From: an uncultured archaeon | GTDB lineage: Archaea; Asgardarchaeota; Lokiarchaeia; Sigyniarchaeales; SOKP01 | Length of the DNA stretch: 64,000 nt | NCBI GenBank assembly: GCA_964493715.1 | Contig: CAZBPC010000001.1 | Span: 87,032 to 151,031, forward strand | Reading direction: 5' to 3' | In this document: in pieces, positions 8,964 to 18,128 of the stretch | Layout: each line of letters begins with the position of its first letter | Position numbering within the stretch: the first letter of the stretch is position 1 | The notes under the pieces: generated by a model | Told to the model about the DNA's origin: nothing | What the model saw: the letters and a program-made list of their open reading frames with translations, nothing else | Database searches by the model: none | Translations under genes and position numbers: made by a program

Positions 8964-10874
8964 CTATTTTAATAGAATAGTCTCTAAATTTTTAGGCGCC
9001 TTTGTTGTTTTCCTCAATTTTCTGTGAATCATCGTAGCCAAGCTAATCACTTTTGTCTCTTCTCCATGATTACAAATTATCATCTTAGGTCTCGGTGCTA
9101 TTCTTCGTAAGAATTGAGAAATCTGACTTCGAGATGAATGACCACTAAATCCTTCAAGAGTGAATACGTTTAGATTTAATTTCACTAATTGAGTTCTACC
9201 TCTAGGATCAATATATTGAAATTCTCGAAAGCCCCGTATGATTCGACTTCCTAATGTTCCAGAAACTTGGTATGACACGAAGACTAGACTATTATTTTTA
9301 TCCTCTGCTAGTGCTCTCAAGTACTGAACTGAAGGACCTCCAATCAACATTCCACTCGTGGCTAAAATAATACATGGTCCTCCTTGTATTACATCTTGGC
9401 GTTCTTCTGGTGAAGAGACAGTTGTAAAGAAATCACTCATAAAAGGATTTTTTCCTTGATGAAGTATTTTCTCTCTTAAATCCAAGCTAAGGTAATCGGG
9501 ATGGGCAGTGTGTATTGCAGTGGCTTCAGAAATAAGACCATCCAAGAAAATTGGTACGCGGTCAATTATACCTTTTGAAATTAATTCCTCTAAGACAATA
9601 ATCAGTTCTTGTGCTCTTCCAACTGCTAATACAGGTATGAGTACTTTGCCACCCCTTCGAATTGTGGAAGTAAGAACCTGTTTCAAATCTCGTTCAGAAT
9701 CTTGGCGACTAGGAATTCGATCTTGAGGACCTCCATATGTTGATTCAATCAATAAACTCTCTACACGAGGGAATTTTACTGCTGCTTTCTCAAGTAAACG
9801 GGTTTTCTGGTATTTAAAATCACCAGTATAAACAAAGTTATATCCTCCTTTTCCAAAGTGTAAATGTATCATGGATGAGCCGAGTATGTGTCCGGAATTA
9901 TGAAGGGTTAACTTTACATCAGGAGCAATATCAGTAACTTTTCCCCAAGCTAATGGAATGGTATGTAGAACTGTCATTTTTACATCTCTTTTTGAATAGG
10001 GTGGGACAGTTCCTTCTTTTTCTGCAATTTGCACAAAATCTAACTGAAGCATAGTAGAAAGGTTTCTGGTGGGAAGAGTAGAATAGACTGGTCCTCGATA
10101 TCCATATTTAAATAAAAATGGAACCATTCCACAATGATCCAAATGAGCATGAGATATAACGACAGCATCCAAATCCCGAACTGAAAATTCTGGGACATCA
10201 AAACCGGGAAATCTATCATTTTTATTTCCAACGTTTAACCCTACATCAAGAAGAATATTACTATCCCTTGTTTGCATTAGTATGCAAGATCTTCCTACTT
10301 CTCTAAATCCTCCTAAAGCTGTCATTCTGATAGCTAAATCCTTAAAAAGAGGGGGCCTGTGGATTCGTTTTCCAATGTCTAATAGTATTTCTTTTTGGTG
10401 TTGACGCTCTTTTTTCAACATCTGTCTTATTAATTGTATTGTTATAGACGAAAGAGGAGGTGTTCGAATTGTTTTAGGTTGCCAAAATGTATTTGACCGA
10501 ATTTCTTTAAGATTCATCCCTTTTTTACCAATTACTATCCCGGGTTTTCCTGCTTCAATTATAACTTCTCCACGTGTATGATCAAACTCGATGCTAGTAA
10601 TTTCGGCCTCTTCACCAACAAGATTGCGAATATATACTTCAGTTTCATCTGGGTCTTTCCGTTTTTCAACATTCCAACGAAATACTACCCTTTTTCTCAT
10701 TGATCTTGCTAAATCTTTAAGAATTTCGGAATTTTCAATTCCTTCCACATCTGCATTTTCGGAATAAACAGCAATTTCTGGACCCTCAAATTCGATTTTT
10801 TTCACGACAATATCAGAAGGGAGGATTTGAATAATTTCCTCTCTAATTCTTTGTAATTCGCCTTCAAAACTCAT
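8964..10874 (-). CDS. aCPSF1 (archaeal beta-CASP ribonuclease with N-terminal KH domains)
   Basis: KH GxxG (VIGKKGMNLKEIR), metallo-beta-lactamase motif VISHAHLDHCG, and a beta-CASP region of about 636 aa with the canonical architecture. Confidence 0.95.
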   Translation of the reverse strand: MSFEGELQRIREEIIQILPSDIVVKKIEFEGPEIAVYSENADVEGIENSEILKDLARSMRKRVVFRWNVEKRKDPDETEVYIRNLVGEEAEITSIEFDHTRGEVIIEAGKPGIVIGKKGMNLKEIRSNTFWQPKTIRTPPLSSITIQLIRQMLKKERQHQKEILLDIGKRIHRPPLFKDLAIRMTALGGFREVGRSCILMQTRDSNILLDVGLNVGNKNDRFPGFDVPEFSVRDLDAVVISHAHLDHCGMVPFLFKYGYRGPVYSTLPTRNLSTMLQLDFVQIAEKEGTVPPYSKRDVKMTVLHTIPLAWGKVTDIAPDVKLTLHNSGHILGSSMIHLHFGKGGYNFVYTGDFKYQKTRLLEKAAVKFPRVESLLIESTYGGPQDRIPSRQDSERDLKQVLTSTIRRGGKVLIPVLAVGRAQELIIVLEELISKGIIDRVPIFLDGLISEATAIHTAHPDYLSLDLREKILHQGKNPFMSDFFTTVSSPEERQDVIQGGPCIILATSGMLIGGPSVQYLRALAEDKNNSLVFVSYQVSGTLGSRIIRGFREFQYIDPRGRTQLVKLNLNVFTLEGFSGHSSRSQISQFLRRIAPRPKMIICNHGEETKVISLATMIHRKLRKTTKAPKNLETILLK

Positions 10875-11201
10875 AATAATCCGATTTTAAAATTATTTCA
10901 TTTTAAGTATATTGATTGAAAATAATTTGATTACAATTAATGAAAATTATTTTCCTTAACTCTTTTTTATATTAGTACTTTTTCCGTGGTAAATATCAAG
11001 TTAATTTTCAGTGATTTTGTATAAATAGAATAATTATCTCTTAGATATTATCACTATTACAAGAGAGTGAATTTAAGAATGAATTCTATTAATCTCTAAA
11101 TATTATATTGGATAATCACATAAAAATTTTTGCATATGTTATTTCATAAAATATAGAATATAGAAGTAAAATTTTATAACTAATGAAAATTAGAAAATCC
11201 T

Positions 11202-11837
11202 ATGCCAGAAGTTAAGATTGGCGCAATCGCATCTGGTTCAGGTACAAATCTAGAGGCAATAATTGAATCATGTGAAAACGGAATTTTAAGGAAAAAAGCC
11301 TCAGTAGAGGTTTTAATCTGCAATAAACAAGGAGCTTACTGCATGGAAAGAGCAAAAAATCACAAGATACCTTATTATTTAATAGAATCAGATAAAAATC
11401 TTGATATTTCTCGCGAAGAATTTGATCAACTAATGATTAATGTACTCAAGGAACATGAATGTGAATTAATTGCATTAGTTGGATACATGAGATTAGTAAG
11501 CCAAAAATTCATCAATGCCTTCAATGGTAATGTCATGAACATTCATCCTGCATTATTACCTGCATTTAAAGGTCTTCACGGTCAACGTGATGCACTTAAT
11601 TATGGCGTAAAAGTTTCTGGATGCACTGTTCACTTTATAGATGCAAGTACAGATCACGGTCCAATAATAATCCAAAAATGCGTGCCAGTATATGCAACAG
11701 ACACCGAAGAATCTTTGGCTTTAAGAATTTTGGAATGGGAACATAAAATCTTCCCAAAAGCCATAGAATTATATTGTGAGAAGCGCCTTCATGTAATTAA
11801 TAGGATTGTGCATATAGACGGAGAGATTAAATATTAA
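11202..11837 (+). CDS. purN: Phosphoribosylglycinamide formyltransferase
   Basis: IASGSGTNLEAII, NIHPALLPAFKGLHG and GCTVHFIDASTDHGPIIIQ. Confidence 0.9.
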   Translation: MPEVKIGAIASGSGTNLEAIIESCENGILRKKASVEVLICNKQGAYCMERAKNHKIPYYLIESDKNLDISREEFDQLMINVLKEHECELIALVGYMRLVSQKFINAFNGNVMNIHPALLPAFKGLHGQRDALNYGVKVSGCTVHFIDASTDHGPIIIQKCVPVYATDTEESLALRILEWEHKIFPKAIELYCEKRLHVINRIVHIDGEIKY

Positions 11838-11847
11838 ATCCTAAAAT

Positions 11848-11948
11848 GCGGGAAATGATATCTTTGAAAGCTCTGACCCAACTGAAAGTATTGGTATCTT
11901 CCAAGAAGATGATGACGATCTTGAGTAATGAGAATATTCATTTCCCGC
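11848..11948. other. Long-range 11-bp perfect inverted repeat enclosing 79 nt (candidate small RNA or regulatory structure)
   Basis: GCGGGAAATGA (11848-11858) is the exact reverse complement of TCATTTCCCGC (11938-11948). The interior contains a perfect C-box-like ATGATGA and two CTGA motifs. A 47-codon ORF also overlaps it (ATG at 11846). Confidence 0.25.
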
Positions 11949-12041
11949 TCCTATTACACTCAAATAAAACCTAAAATTTTAATCAAATCAATCATGGTTT
12001 AATTATATATTATTAATAATCAACAAGAAAATGAAGAAAGG

Positions 12042-14231
12042 ATGCCTCATCGAAAGGAAATTTCTGAGATTCTAAAAATGATGAAAAAACCTCGCAATAT
12101 ACGTAATATCGGGTTTGTGGGTCATATAGATCATGGAAAGACAACATTAAGCGATTCACTTTTGAGTGAAGCAGGTTTATTATCACCCGATTTAGCAGGA
12201 GAAGCACGAGCTTTAGACTATTTAGAAGAAGAACAAAGGCGCGGAATTACCATGAAATCTACTAATATATCTCTATATTATGAAAAATCTCTTAAGGGTC
12301 ACGACCCATTCTTAATAAATCTTGTTGATACTCCAGGTCACTTAGATTTTAGTGGAAAAGTAACACGTGCTTTAAGGTTAATAGATGGAGTTGTTGTAGT
12401 TGTCGATGCTGTTGAGGAAATAATTAGCCAATCTGAGACGGTTATTAAACAAGCGCTGCAGGAAGGCGTAAAACCAGTTCTTTATATAAATAAAGTAGAT
12501 CGCCTTATCCGAGAATTAAAACTAACAGATGAACAAATAAGAAAAAAATATACAAGGATTATAAATGACTTTAATACGCTTATTGAAAGATTTGCAGATA
12601 AACCTTTCAAAAAAGAGTGGCAAGTATCTCCTGCTGATGGAAACGTCGCATTTGGCTCTGCACTCCACAAATGGGGTTTTACTTTAAATATTTTAGAAAA
12701 TAACGAGTTAAAGTTTTCGAATATTAGATCACGATATCAAAAAGAAACATATACTAAAGAAACTTATGCTGATTTAGCTGTGCATTTTCCAATACACAAC
12801 GCAATACTAGAAATGGTTGTAGATCACCTCCCTAACCCTATTGATGCTCAGAAATACAGAATCGGTAAGATTTGGAATGGAGATTTGACATCTGAAATTG
12901 GAAAATCCATGATAAATTGCGATCTAAATGGTCCTTTAATAATATGTTTGAGTAAAGTACAAGCAGATAAGCACACTTTGATCGCGACGGGGAGAATCTT
13001 TTCCGGAAATTGTATCAATAAAGAGGAAGTATTTTTATTAAGAGAAAATAATTTTGACACAATCCGAAAAACTGCAATTTTTATGGGTCAAAGAAGAGAA
13101 CAAGTTGAAGAAATACCTGTTGGAAACATCGTGGCTATAGAAGGATTAAAACATGTCAAAAGCGGAGAAACCATAATTAATAAGAATTATATTGATAAAA
13201 TGATTCCATTTGAAAATGTGAAATATGTTTCCACACCCGTTGTTACTGTCTCTATCGAACCAGATTATTTAAGAGATTTAGATAAGATGAAGGAACTCAT
13301 CGAAAACATGCTAATCGAAGATCCTAATTTGTTATTTGAAGTAAACGAGGAAAATGGTGAATTTCTCCTCTCTGGTATGGGTCCCTTACACCTTGAAGTT
13401 ACCGCAAATGAACTTGAAAAACGAGGCATTCAGGTTTCAACATCCGAACCAAGAGCCGTTTTTAAAGAATCAATCAGGCATAAATCCTCTATTGTTTCAG
13501 TAGAATCATCCATCAATAAAAATTCTCTTAAACTTAAAACTGAAAGATTAGATGATAAAACTTCTAGGTTTTTTCAGACTCACGATATTAAGGCTATCAA
13601 GCCAAAAACAAAATTGAAAGAATTATTGGAAGAATTTACAGACTTAACAACAGATGAAATCCAAAACTTTTGGATGTATTATGATAATAACAATATTTTA
13701 ATTTACAATTTAGGAGAAAATTTAAATCAATCTTATAAAGAATCTATTGTAGAAATTATTGGTAAAATTCTTTTATATGGACCTTTATGTGGAGAAAAAT
13801 TAACGGGTCTAAAAATTATAATTGAAGAACTCATCATCAATAAATTTGATGAAGAAAACGCGTTTAATGAATTATCCGCAATGTTTTATAATGCTATTAA
13901 AGATGCTTTAAACGAATCTGAACTTATCCTACTTGAACCAATTTACCATACAATTATTCAATTGCACCCAGATTATATAAAAAATACGCTTTCATTGCTT
14001 TCTAAATATTCCGCAAAAATAAAAGAAGTAAACCAAGAAAAGGATTATCAAGGAATTATAGAAATTTTGCTCCCAGTAAGGAATTCTATTAAATTTGCTG
14101 AAGATATTCGGTCTTCAACATCCGGAAAAGCATTCTGGCAGAATGAGTTTTATGCGTTTATGGAGGTTCCTAATCACGAAGCTAAGCAAATTATAAATGA
14201 CCTGCGCTTCATGAAAGGTATTTCGTGGTAA
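12042..14231 (+). CDS. Elongation factor 2 family GTPase, divergent paralog lacking the diphthamide-site histidine
   Basis: G motifs GHIDHGKTT, DTPGHLDF and NKVDR with the EF-2 domain order. The domain IV tip reads ELIINKFDEENAFNELSAMFYNAI where canonical aEF-2 has H-E-D-x-x-H-R-G. Confidence 0.85.
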   Translation: MPHRKEISEILKMMKKPRNIRNIGFVGHIDHGKTTLSDSLLSEAGLLSPDLAGEARALDYLEEEQRRGITMKSTNISLYYEKSLKGHDPFLINLVDTPGHLDFSGKVTRALRLIDGVVVVVDAVEEIISQSETVIKQALQEGVKPVLYINKVDRLIRELKLTDEQIRKKYTRIINDFNTLIERFADKPFKKEWQVSPADGNVAFGSALHKWGFTLNILENNELKFSNIRSRYQKETYTKETYADLAVHFPIHNAILEMVVDHLPNPIDAQKYRIGKIWNGDLTSEIGKSMINCDLNGPLIICLSKVQADKHTLIATGRIFSGNCINKEEVFLLRENNFDTIRKTAIFMGQRREQVEEIPVGNIVAIEGLKHVKSGETIINKNYIDKMIPFENVKYVSTPVVTVSIEPDYLRDLDKMKELIENMLIEDPNLLFEVNEENGEFLLSGMGPLHLEVTANELEKRGIQVSTSEPRAVFKESIRHKSSIVSVESSINKNSLKLKTERLDDKTSRFFQTHDIKAIKPKTKLKELLEEFTDLTTDEIQNFWMYYDNNNILIYNLGENLNQSYKESIVEIIGKILLYGPLCGEKLTGLKIIIEELIINKFDEENAFNELSAMFYNAIKDALNESELILLEPIYHTIIQLHPDYIKNTLSLLSKYSAKIKEVNQEKDYQGIIEILLPVRNSIKFAEDIRSSTSGKAFWQNEFYAFMEVPNHEAKQIINDLRFMKGISW

Positions 14232-14287
14232 GAATTGACGTAAGCAGAACAATTTACTATTAATACATTTGTTTGGGATTCAGGCTA

Positions 14288-14358
14288 TGCGCCTGCCGGG
14301 GATCGAACCCGGGACGCTAACTTGGGAAGCTAGCATATTACCACTATACTACAAGCGC
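14288..14358 (-). tRNA. tRNA-Gly (anticodon CCC)
   Basis: Reverse complement GCGCTTG-TA-GTAT-AGTGGTA-ATAT-G-CTAGC-TTCCCAA-GTTAG-CGTC-CCGGG-TTCGATC-CCCGG-CAGGCGC-A folds into a 71-nt cloverleaf. Confidence 0.9.
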
Positions 14359-14402
14359 AAAAATTGAAGTCTAATGTTAATAAATGAGAAATTCTAAATA
14401 AA

Positions 14403-14879
14403 TTTTTTTTATATCAAAAACATAACCTCTCCTCTGAAATTATTAAGGAATGTGTCGAGGAAATGATGTATTTGGCTGGAGATCGGGAAGTTGAGATAAT
14501 ATTAAATCCTTTAGATAATGCAGAATGTTAAATTGATAGATTGAGAATTGAACAAGTGTTAACTAATCTTTTATCTAACGCAATTAAAAATACTCCATCA
14601 ATGGGCTTTGTGGAGGTAATTTTGAGCACGCAAGGAGAACATATTTATATTTCAGTAGAGGATACCGGAATAGGATTGACGAAGGAGGAAATGGATAAGT
14701 TATTTAATAAATTTGGGAAGATTGAAAGATGTGGTAAAAAATTAAATGTTGATATTGAGGGTTCAGGATTAGGTTTATTCATAACTAAAGAAATCATTGA
14801 TTTACATAAAGGTAGCATCTGCGTTGAATCAGAGGGGAAAGACAAAGGTTCAAAATTCACGATTAAACTAAATAAATGA
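14403..14879 (+). pseudogene. Histidine kinase remnant (HATPase_c domain only, in-frame stop, no HisKA or sensor region)
   Basis: The frame reads ...SSEIIKECVEEMMYLAGDREVEIILNPLDNAEC*IDRLRIEQVLTNLLSNAIKNT...EDTGIGL...GSGLGLFITKEII with TAA at 14529-14531. N, G1 and G2 boxes are present. There is no H-box upstream, and the frame closes within about 130 nt of the tRNA. Confidence 0.7.
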
Positions 14880-15003
14880 TATCAGCTAAGTTAATTTGAT
14901 TGATTCTAATTATTACTAGATTTTAGTATCCTTAGGTTTTTATGGCAATTAAACATAAGAATTTTAATTGAAATAAGATTTTTTAGAACATAAATATCAA
15001 TTT

Positions 15004-15690
15004 ATGGTGAATTTGCTGAAAATTGAAGATCTTAAAATTGAAAGCAATTTAATAATTAAATCGAATGATGCTCTACTAATCGTCGATATGCAAAATGATT
15101 TTATACCTGGGGGGTCCTTACCTGTTAAAGATGGGGATCAAATAGTGGATGGAATTAACAGCATTGCAGAATTATTTAGAAAAAATAAAGCATCTATTAT
15201 ATTAACTCAAGATTGGCACCCTGAGGAGCATTTATCATTTGCAAGCAATCATCCAGGAATGCACTCAGGTGATATCTATCAAACGGAAGCAATTGGACCA
15301 GTTCTATGGCCAGATCATTGCGTTCAAAATACTCTTGGATCTGAATTTCATAAAGATTTGAAAAAAGAGTATGCTCATGCTATAATTCGAAAAGGGTATC
15401 ATCCTGATATTGATAGTTATTCCGGTTTTATCGAGAATGATAAAAAATCAGAAACAGGATTAGCAGGATATCTAAAATCCCTTAAAATCAAGAGAATATT
15501 CATCTGTGGTTTAGCGTTAGACTACTGTTGCTTTTCTACAGCAATGGATGGCGTGGATTTTGACTTTAAAGTCTACTTTATTGTAGATTTGACAAAAGGA
15601 ATAGATTTGCCTGCAGGAAATATCTCAAATGCCCTTGAAAGCATGCTGAATAAGGGAATAACGTTTGTAATGAAAGATAGCTTTAAATGA
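15004..15690 (+). CDS. pncA: Nicotinamidase/pyrazinamidase (isochorismatase family)
   Basis: LLIVDMQNDFIPGGSLPV, TQDWHPEEHLSF, WPDHCVQNTLG, DSYSGF and ICGLALDYC (catalytic Cys) match PncA. Confidence 0.85.
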   Translation: MVNLLKIEDLKIESNLIIKSNDALLIVDMQNDFIPGGSLPVKDGDQIVDGINSIAELFRKNKASIILTQDWHPEEHLSFASNHPGMHSGDIYQTEAIGPVLWPDHCVQNTLGSEFHKDLKKEYAHAIIRKGYHPDIDSYSGFIENDKKSETGLAGYLKSLKIKRIFICGLALDYCCFSTAMDGVDFDFKVYFIVDLTKGIDLPAGNISNALESMLNKGITFVMKDSFK

Positions 15691-15782
15691 AGCAAGCAAC
15701 AACGTTATTCTTTTTTAATAATTACTTTAAAATTTAATAGATTATTTCATTTTACATAACCAAAAACTTCTAAAACCATTCT

Positions 15783-16268
15783 ATGAATCTAAAAATCAAG
15801 AATTTTCCATACAAATCTATTTTAATTGTGTGCAGCGTTAATACAGCACGAAGTCCTATGACTGAAGGTTTCTTGAAACACATTTTTAAGAATAGTGATA
15901 TTGATGTAAATGTGTATTCTGGGGGAATATCTTCGAATGCTAGAGACGGAATGCTTATTTCGCTCGATGCCAAATTAGCAATGCAAGAAGAGGGGATTCT
16001 TTTATCCAACGAATCGATATCCTTAGATTTAAAGAAACATTCTGAATTGATTGGAAAGGCTGACCTGATCCTCACCTTAACCAATAAACACAAGGAAGAA
16101 ATTCTCAAATATGTATCAAAAAATGGTACTGATATTTTAACATTGAAAGAATTCGCGGATGATTGCGGTGATATAGAAGATCCCTCCATGAAAGGTATCG
16201 ATGGTTTTAGAAAAGCACGGGATCAAATAAAAAAGTGTATAATTAAAGGATTAAAGAAATATAAGTGA
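15783..16268 (+). CDS. Low-molecular-weight protein tyrosine phosphatase / ArsC-like
   Basis: P-loop CX5R(S/T), ILIVCSVNTARSPM, near the N-terminus, and a downstream DIEDP acid loop. Confidence 0.85.
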   Translation: MNLKIKNFPYKSILIVCSVNTARSPMTEGFLKHIFKNSDIDVNVYSGGISSNARDGMLISLDAKLAMQEEGILLSNESISLDLKKHSELIGKADLILTLTNKHKEEILKYVSKNGTDILTLKEFADDCGDIEDPSMKGIDGFRKARDQIKKCIIKGLKKYK

Positions 16269-17113
16269 AAATTATGATTGAATACATAATAATTGCAATT
16301 TTACAAGGATTACTTGAATGGTTACCAATCTCCTCTTCGGGCCAAGTGATGATCGTCTCATTAAATCTGCTTGATATATCCCCAGAACAAGCATACAGTT
16401 TGAGTATTTGGTTACATCTGGGTACAATGTTTGCTGTATTATTGAGATTTCGTAAAGATTATTATGGAATTATCAAATCTTTCATTCCTAGTAAAATGAA
16501 ATTAGATCAAAACGATATAAAAAAGAGAAACTGGTTAATTATAGCAACATTGGGGACGGCTATAACAGCTTTACCCTTATATCTTATGTTCCGAGTATTG
16601 ATTTTGGGAACATATTCAGCAGATCAAGGAGATATTTTGACTTTATTCATATCTAGTTTTCTTATAATAACTGGTGTTATTCTATTAGTTTTTAAAAAGA
16701 AATATGGACGAAAAACAATCGACCTTATTTCCAACAAAGAAATATATCGAGATTCTTTCATCTCTGGTCTAATCCAAGGAATCGCGATTCTTCCGGGAAT
16801 ATCGAGATCTGGAATAACAGTATCTACAATGCTGGTAGAAAATTTTGAACAAGATCACTCGTTAAAGTTAAGTTTCCTCATGTCTGTTCCCGTTATTTTA
16901 GCATCTATAGGTGTGGATATAATTTTTGGAGAAGGATCAATATTAGGTAGCTTAGATCTTCCTACTATTTTGGTTATAACAATAGTGAGTTTTTTGATTG
17001 GTTATCTTACAATGGAGGTTCTATTGAGAATTGCGCGTAGAGTCAATTTTGGTTATTTCTGTATCTTATATGGCGTGATAGCTTTTATTATAATAGTTCC
17101 ATTTTTAATGTAA
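16265..17113 (+). CDS. uppP: Undecaprenyl-diphosphatase (BacA/UppP)
   Basis: LQGLLEWLPISSSGQ and PGISRSGITV motifs, multi-TM. The GTG at 16265 overlaps the upstream stop; an alternative ATG lies at 16274. Confidence 0.9.
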   Translation: MKIMIEYIIIAILQGLLEWLPISSSGQVMIVSLNLLDISPEQAYSLSIWLHLGTMFAVLLRFRKDYYGIIKSFIPSKMKLDQNDIKKRNWLIIATLGTAITALPLYLMFRVLILGTYSADQGDILTLFISSFLIITGVILLVFKKKYGRKTIDLISNKEIYRDSFISGLIQGIAILPGISRSGITVSTMLVENFEQDHSLKLSFLMSVPVILASIGVDIIFGEGSILGSLDLPTILVITIVSFLIGYLTMEVLLRIARRVNFGYFCILYGVIAFIIIVPFLM

Positions 17114-17120
17114 ATTAACC

Positions 17121-18014
17121 TTATATTTGTTTAATATAATCCAAAAGATAATTTGAAAGAATTTTTTCAGCATTTTTTATTCCTTGAAAACCTGGAAAGT
17201 CATTTAAATCAATAAGATAATATCTATCTTTGTCTATGGGTTTAATTAGATCAAATCCAAATATTTTTAGGTCAAGCTCTTTTGATAAAATATCTGCGAG
17301 CACCCTCATTTCTTCTGAAACTTTAAATTCTTCCCTATCAATAGCATCAACATCAATACTAGTGGGTTTCTCTCTCATATAAAGATATATAGGATTTTCT
17401 CGTTTAATCCCAAATACTTTATCACCAATTACATATACTTTCCTGTCTATAGCATCACATTCAATAAATTTTTGAATATAGACGTCATAATAGATTAAAT
17501 GATTATATCGTTTATGAAAATCATCAAAATCCTCCGGCTTTTTTGCTAAGAAATTAAAGCGATTATATTTGTCATGTTGGGAATGACTTTTAATTACAAT
17601 AGGAACTTTAGTAGAGCCCCATTTTTTAAATCGATCTAATTTTTTTGCACTTTGATTCCAAGATTGAACTAATGAAAATCCCTTTAATTTGGATTTATAT
17701 TGGGAAAATATTCTCCTTAAAGCATAGTCAAGAGCTATTTTATTCTTACATGTTGATACAGTTTGAATGTCATGCAAACATTTTATACCATTTATTCTTG
17801 CAAAATGAAGTAAATCCACTGAACAATCATTTCTGACTTTTACTATGAACAAATCGGCTTCTTTATATGCTTTAGGCATTCTCGAAAGATTAAAAAATTG
17901 TTTTGTTGGGTCGTGAAAGGTAAAATCCACTTCTTTCTTGGTTTTCAATATGTCTATAACCTGTTTAATTACTTCATGGTTTTGCCTTGCGGAAAATACT
18001 ACCTTTTTATTCAT
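17121..18014 (-). CDS. ATP-grasp kinase, ITPK1-like (inositol tris/tetrakisphosphate kinase family)
   Basis: YIQKFIECDAIDRKVYVIGDKVFGIKR and LDLKIFGFDLIKPIDKDRYYLIDLNDFPGFQGI align by eye with human ITPK1 VQNFINHNAVLYKVFVVGE and LGVSLFGIDIIINNQTGQHAVIDINAFPGYEGV. Confidence 0.7.
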   Translation of the reverse strand: MNKKVVFSARQNHEVIKQVIDILKTKKEVDFTFHDPTKQFFNLSRMPKAYKEADLFIVKVRNDCSVDLLHFARINGIKCLHDIQTVSTCKNKIALDYALRRIFSQYKSKLKGFSLVQSWNQSAKKLDRFKKWGSTKVPIVIKSHSQHDKYNRFNFLAKKPEDFDDFHKRYNHLIYYDVYIQKFIECDAIDRKVYVIGDKVFGIKRENPIYLYMREKPTSIDVDAIDREEFKVSEEMRVLADILSKELDLKIFGFDLIKPIDKDRYYLIDLNDFPGFQGIKNAEKILSNYLLDYIKQI

Positions 18015-18128
18015 TTTAATTACTCATTTAATTCAAATGAATCAATCTTAATGAAAATAAATTAATACTGATTAATTATTAATTTAATTTAATCATTTTT
18101 TGTTTTTAACAATAATTAGGAAATTAAA

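Noticed and set aside
14288-14879. tRNA-Gly plus truncated kinase as the edge of an integrated mobile element
   Set aside because: The remnant lies on the 5' side of the tRNA, whereas integrases usually target the 3' end. I found no integrase, no direct repeat of the tRNA 3' end and no other mobile genes nearby.
15770-16189. 139-aa minus-strand ORF antisense to the LMW-PTP gene
   Set aside because: It completely overlaps a gene with a clear CX5R phosphatase signature. Its Ser/Ile/Phe-rich, low-complexity translation is typical of antisense frames in AT-rich DNA.
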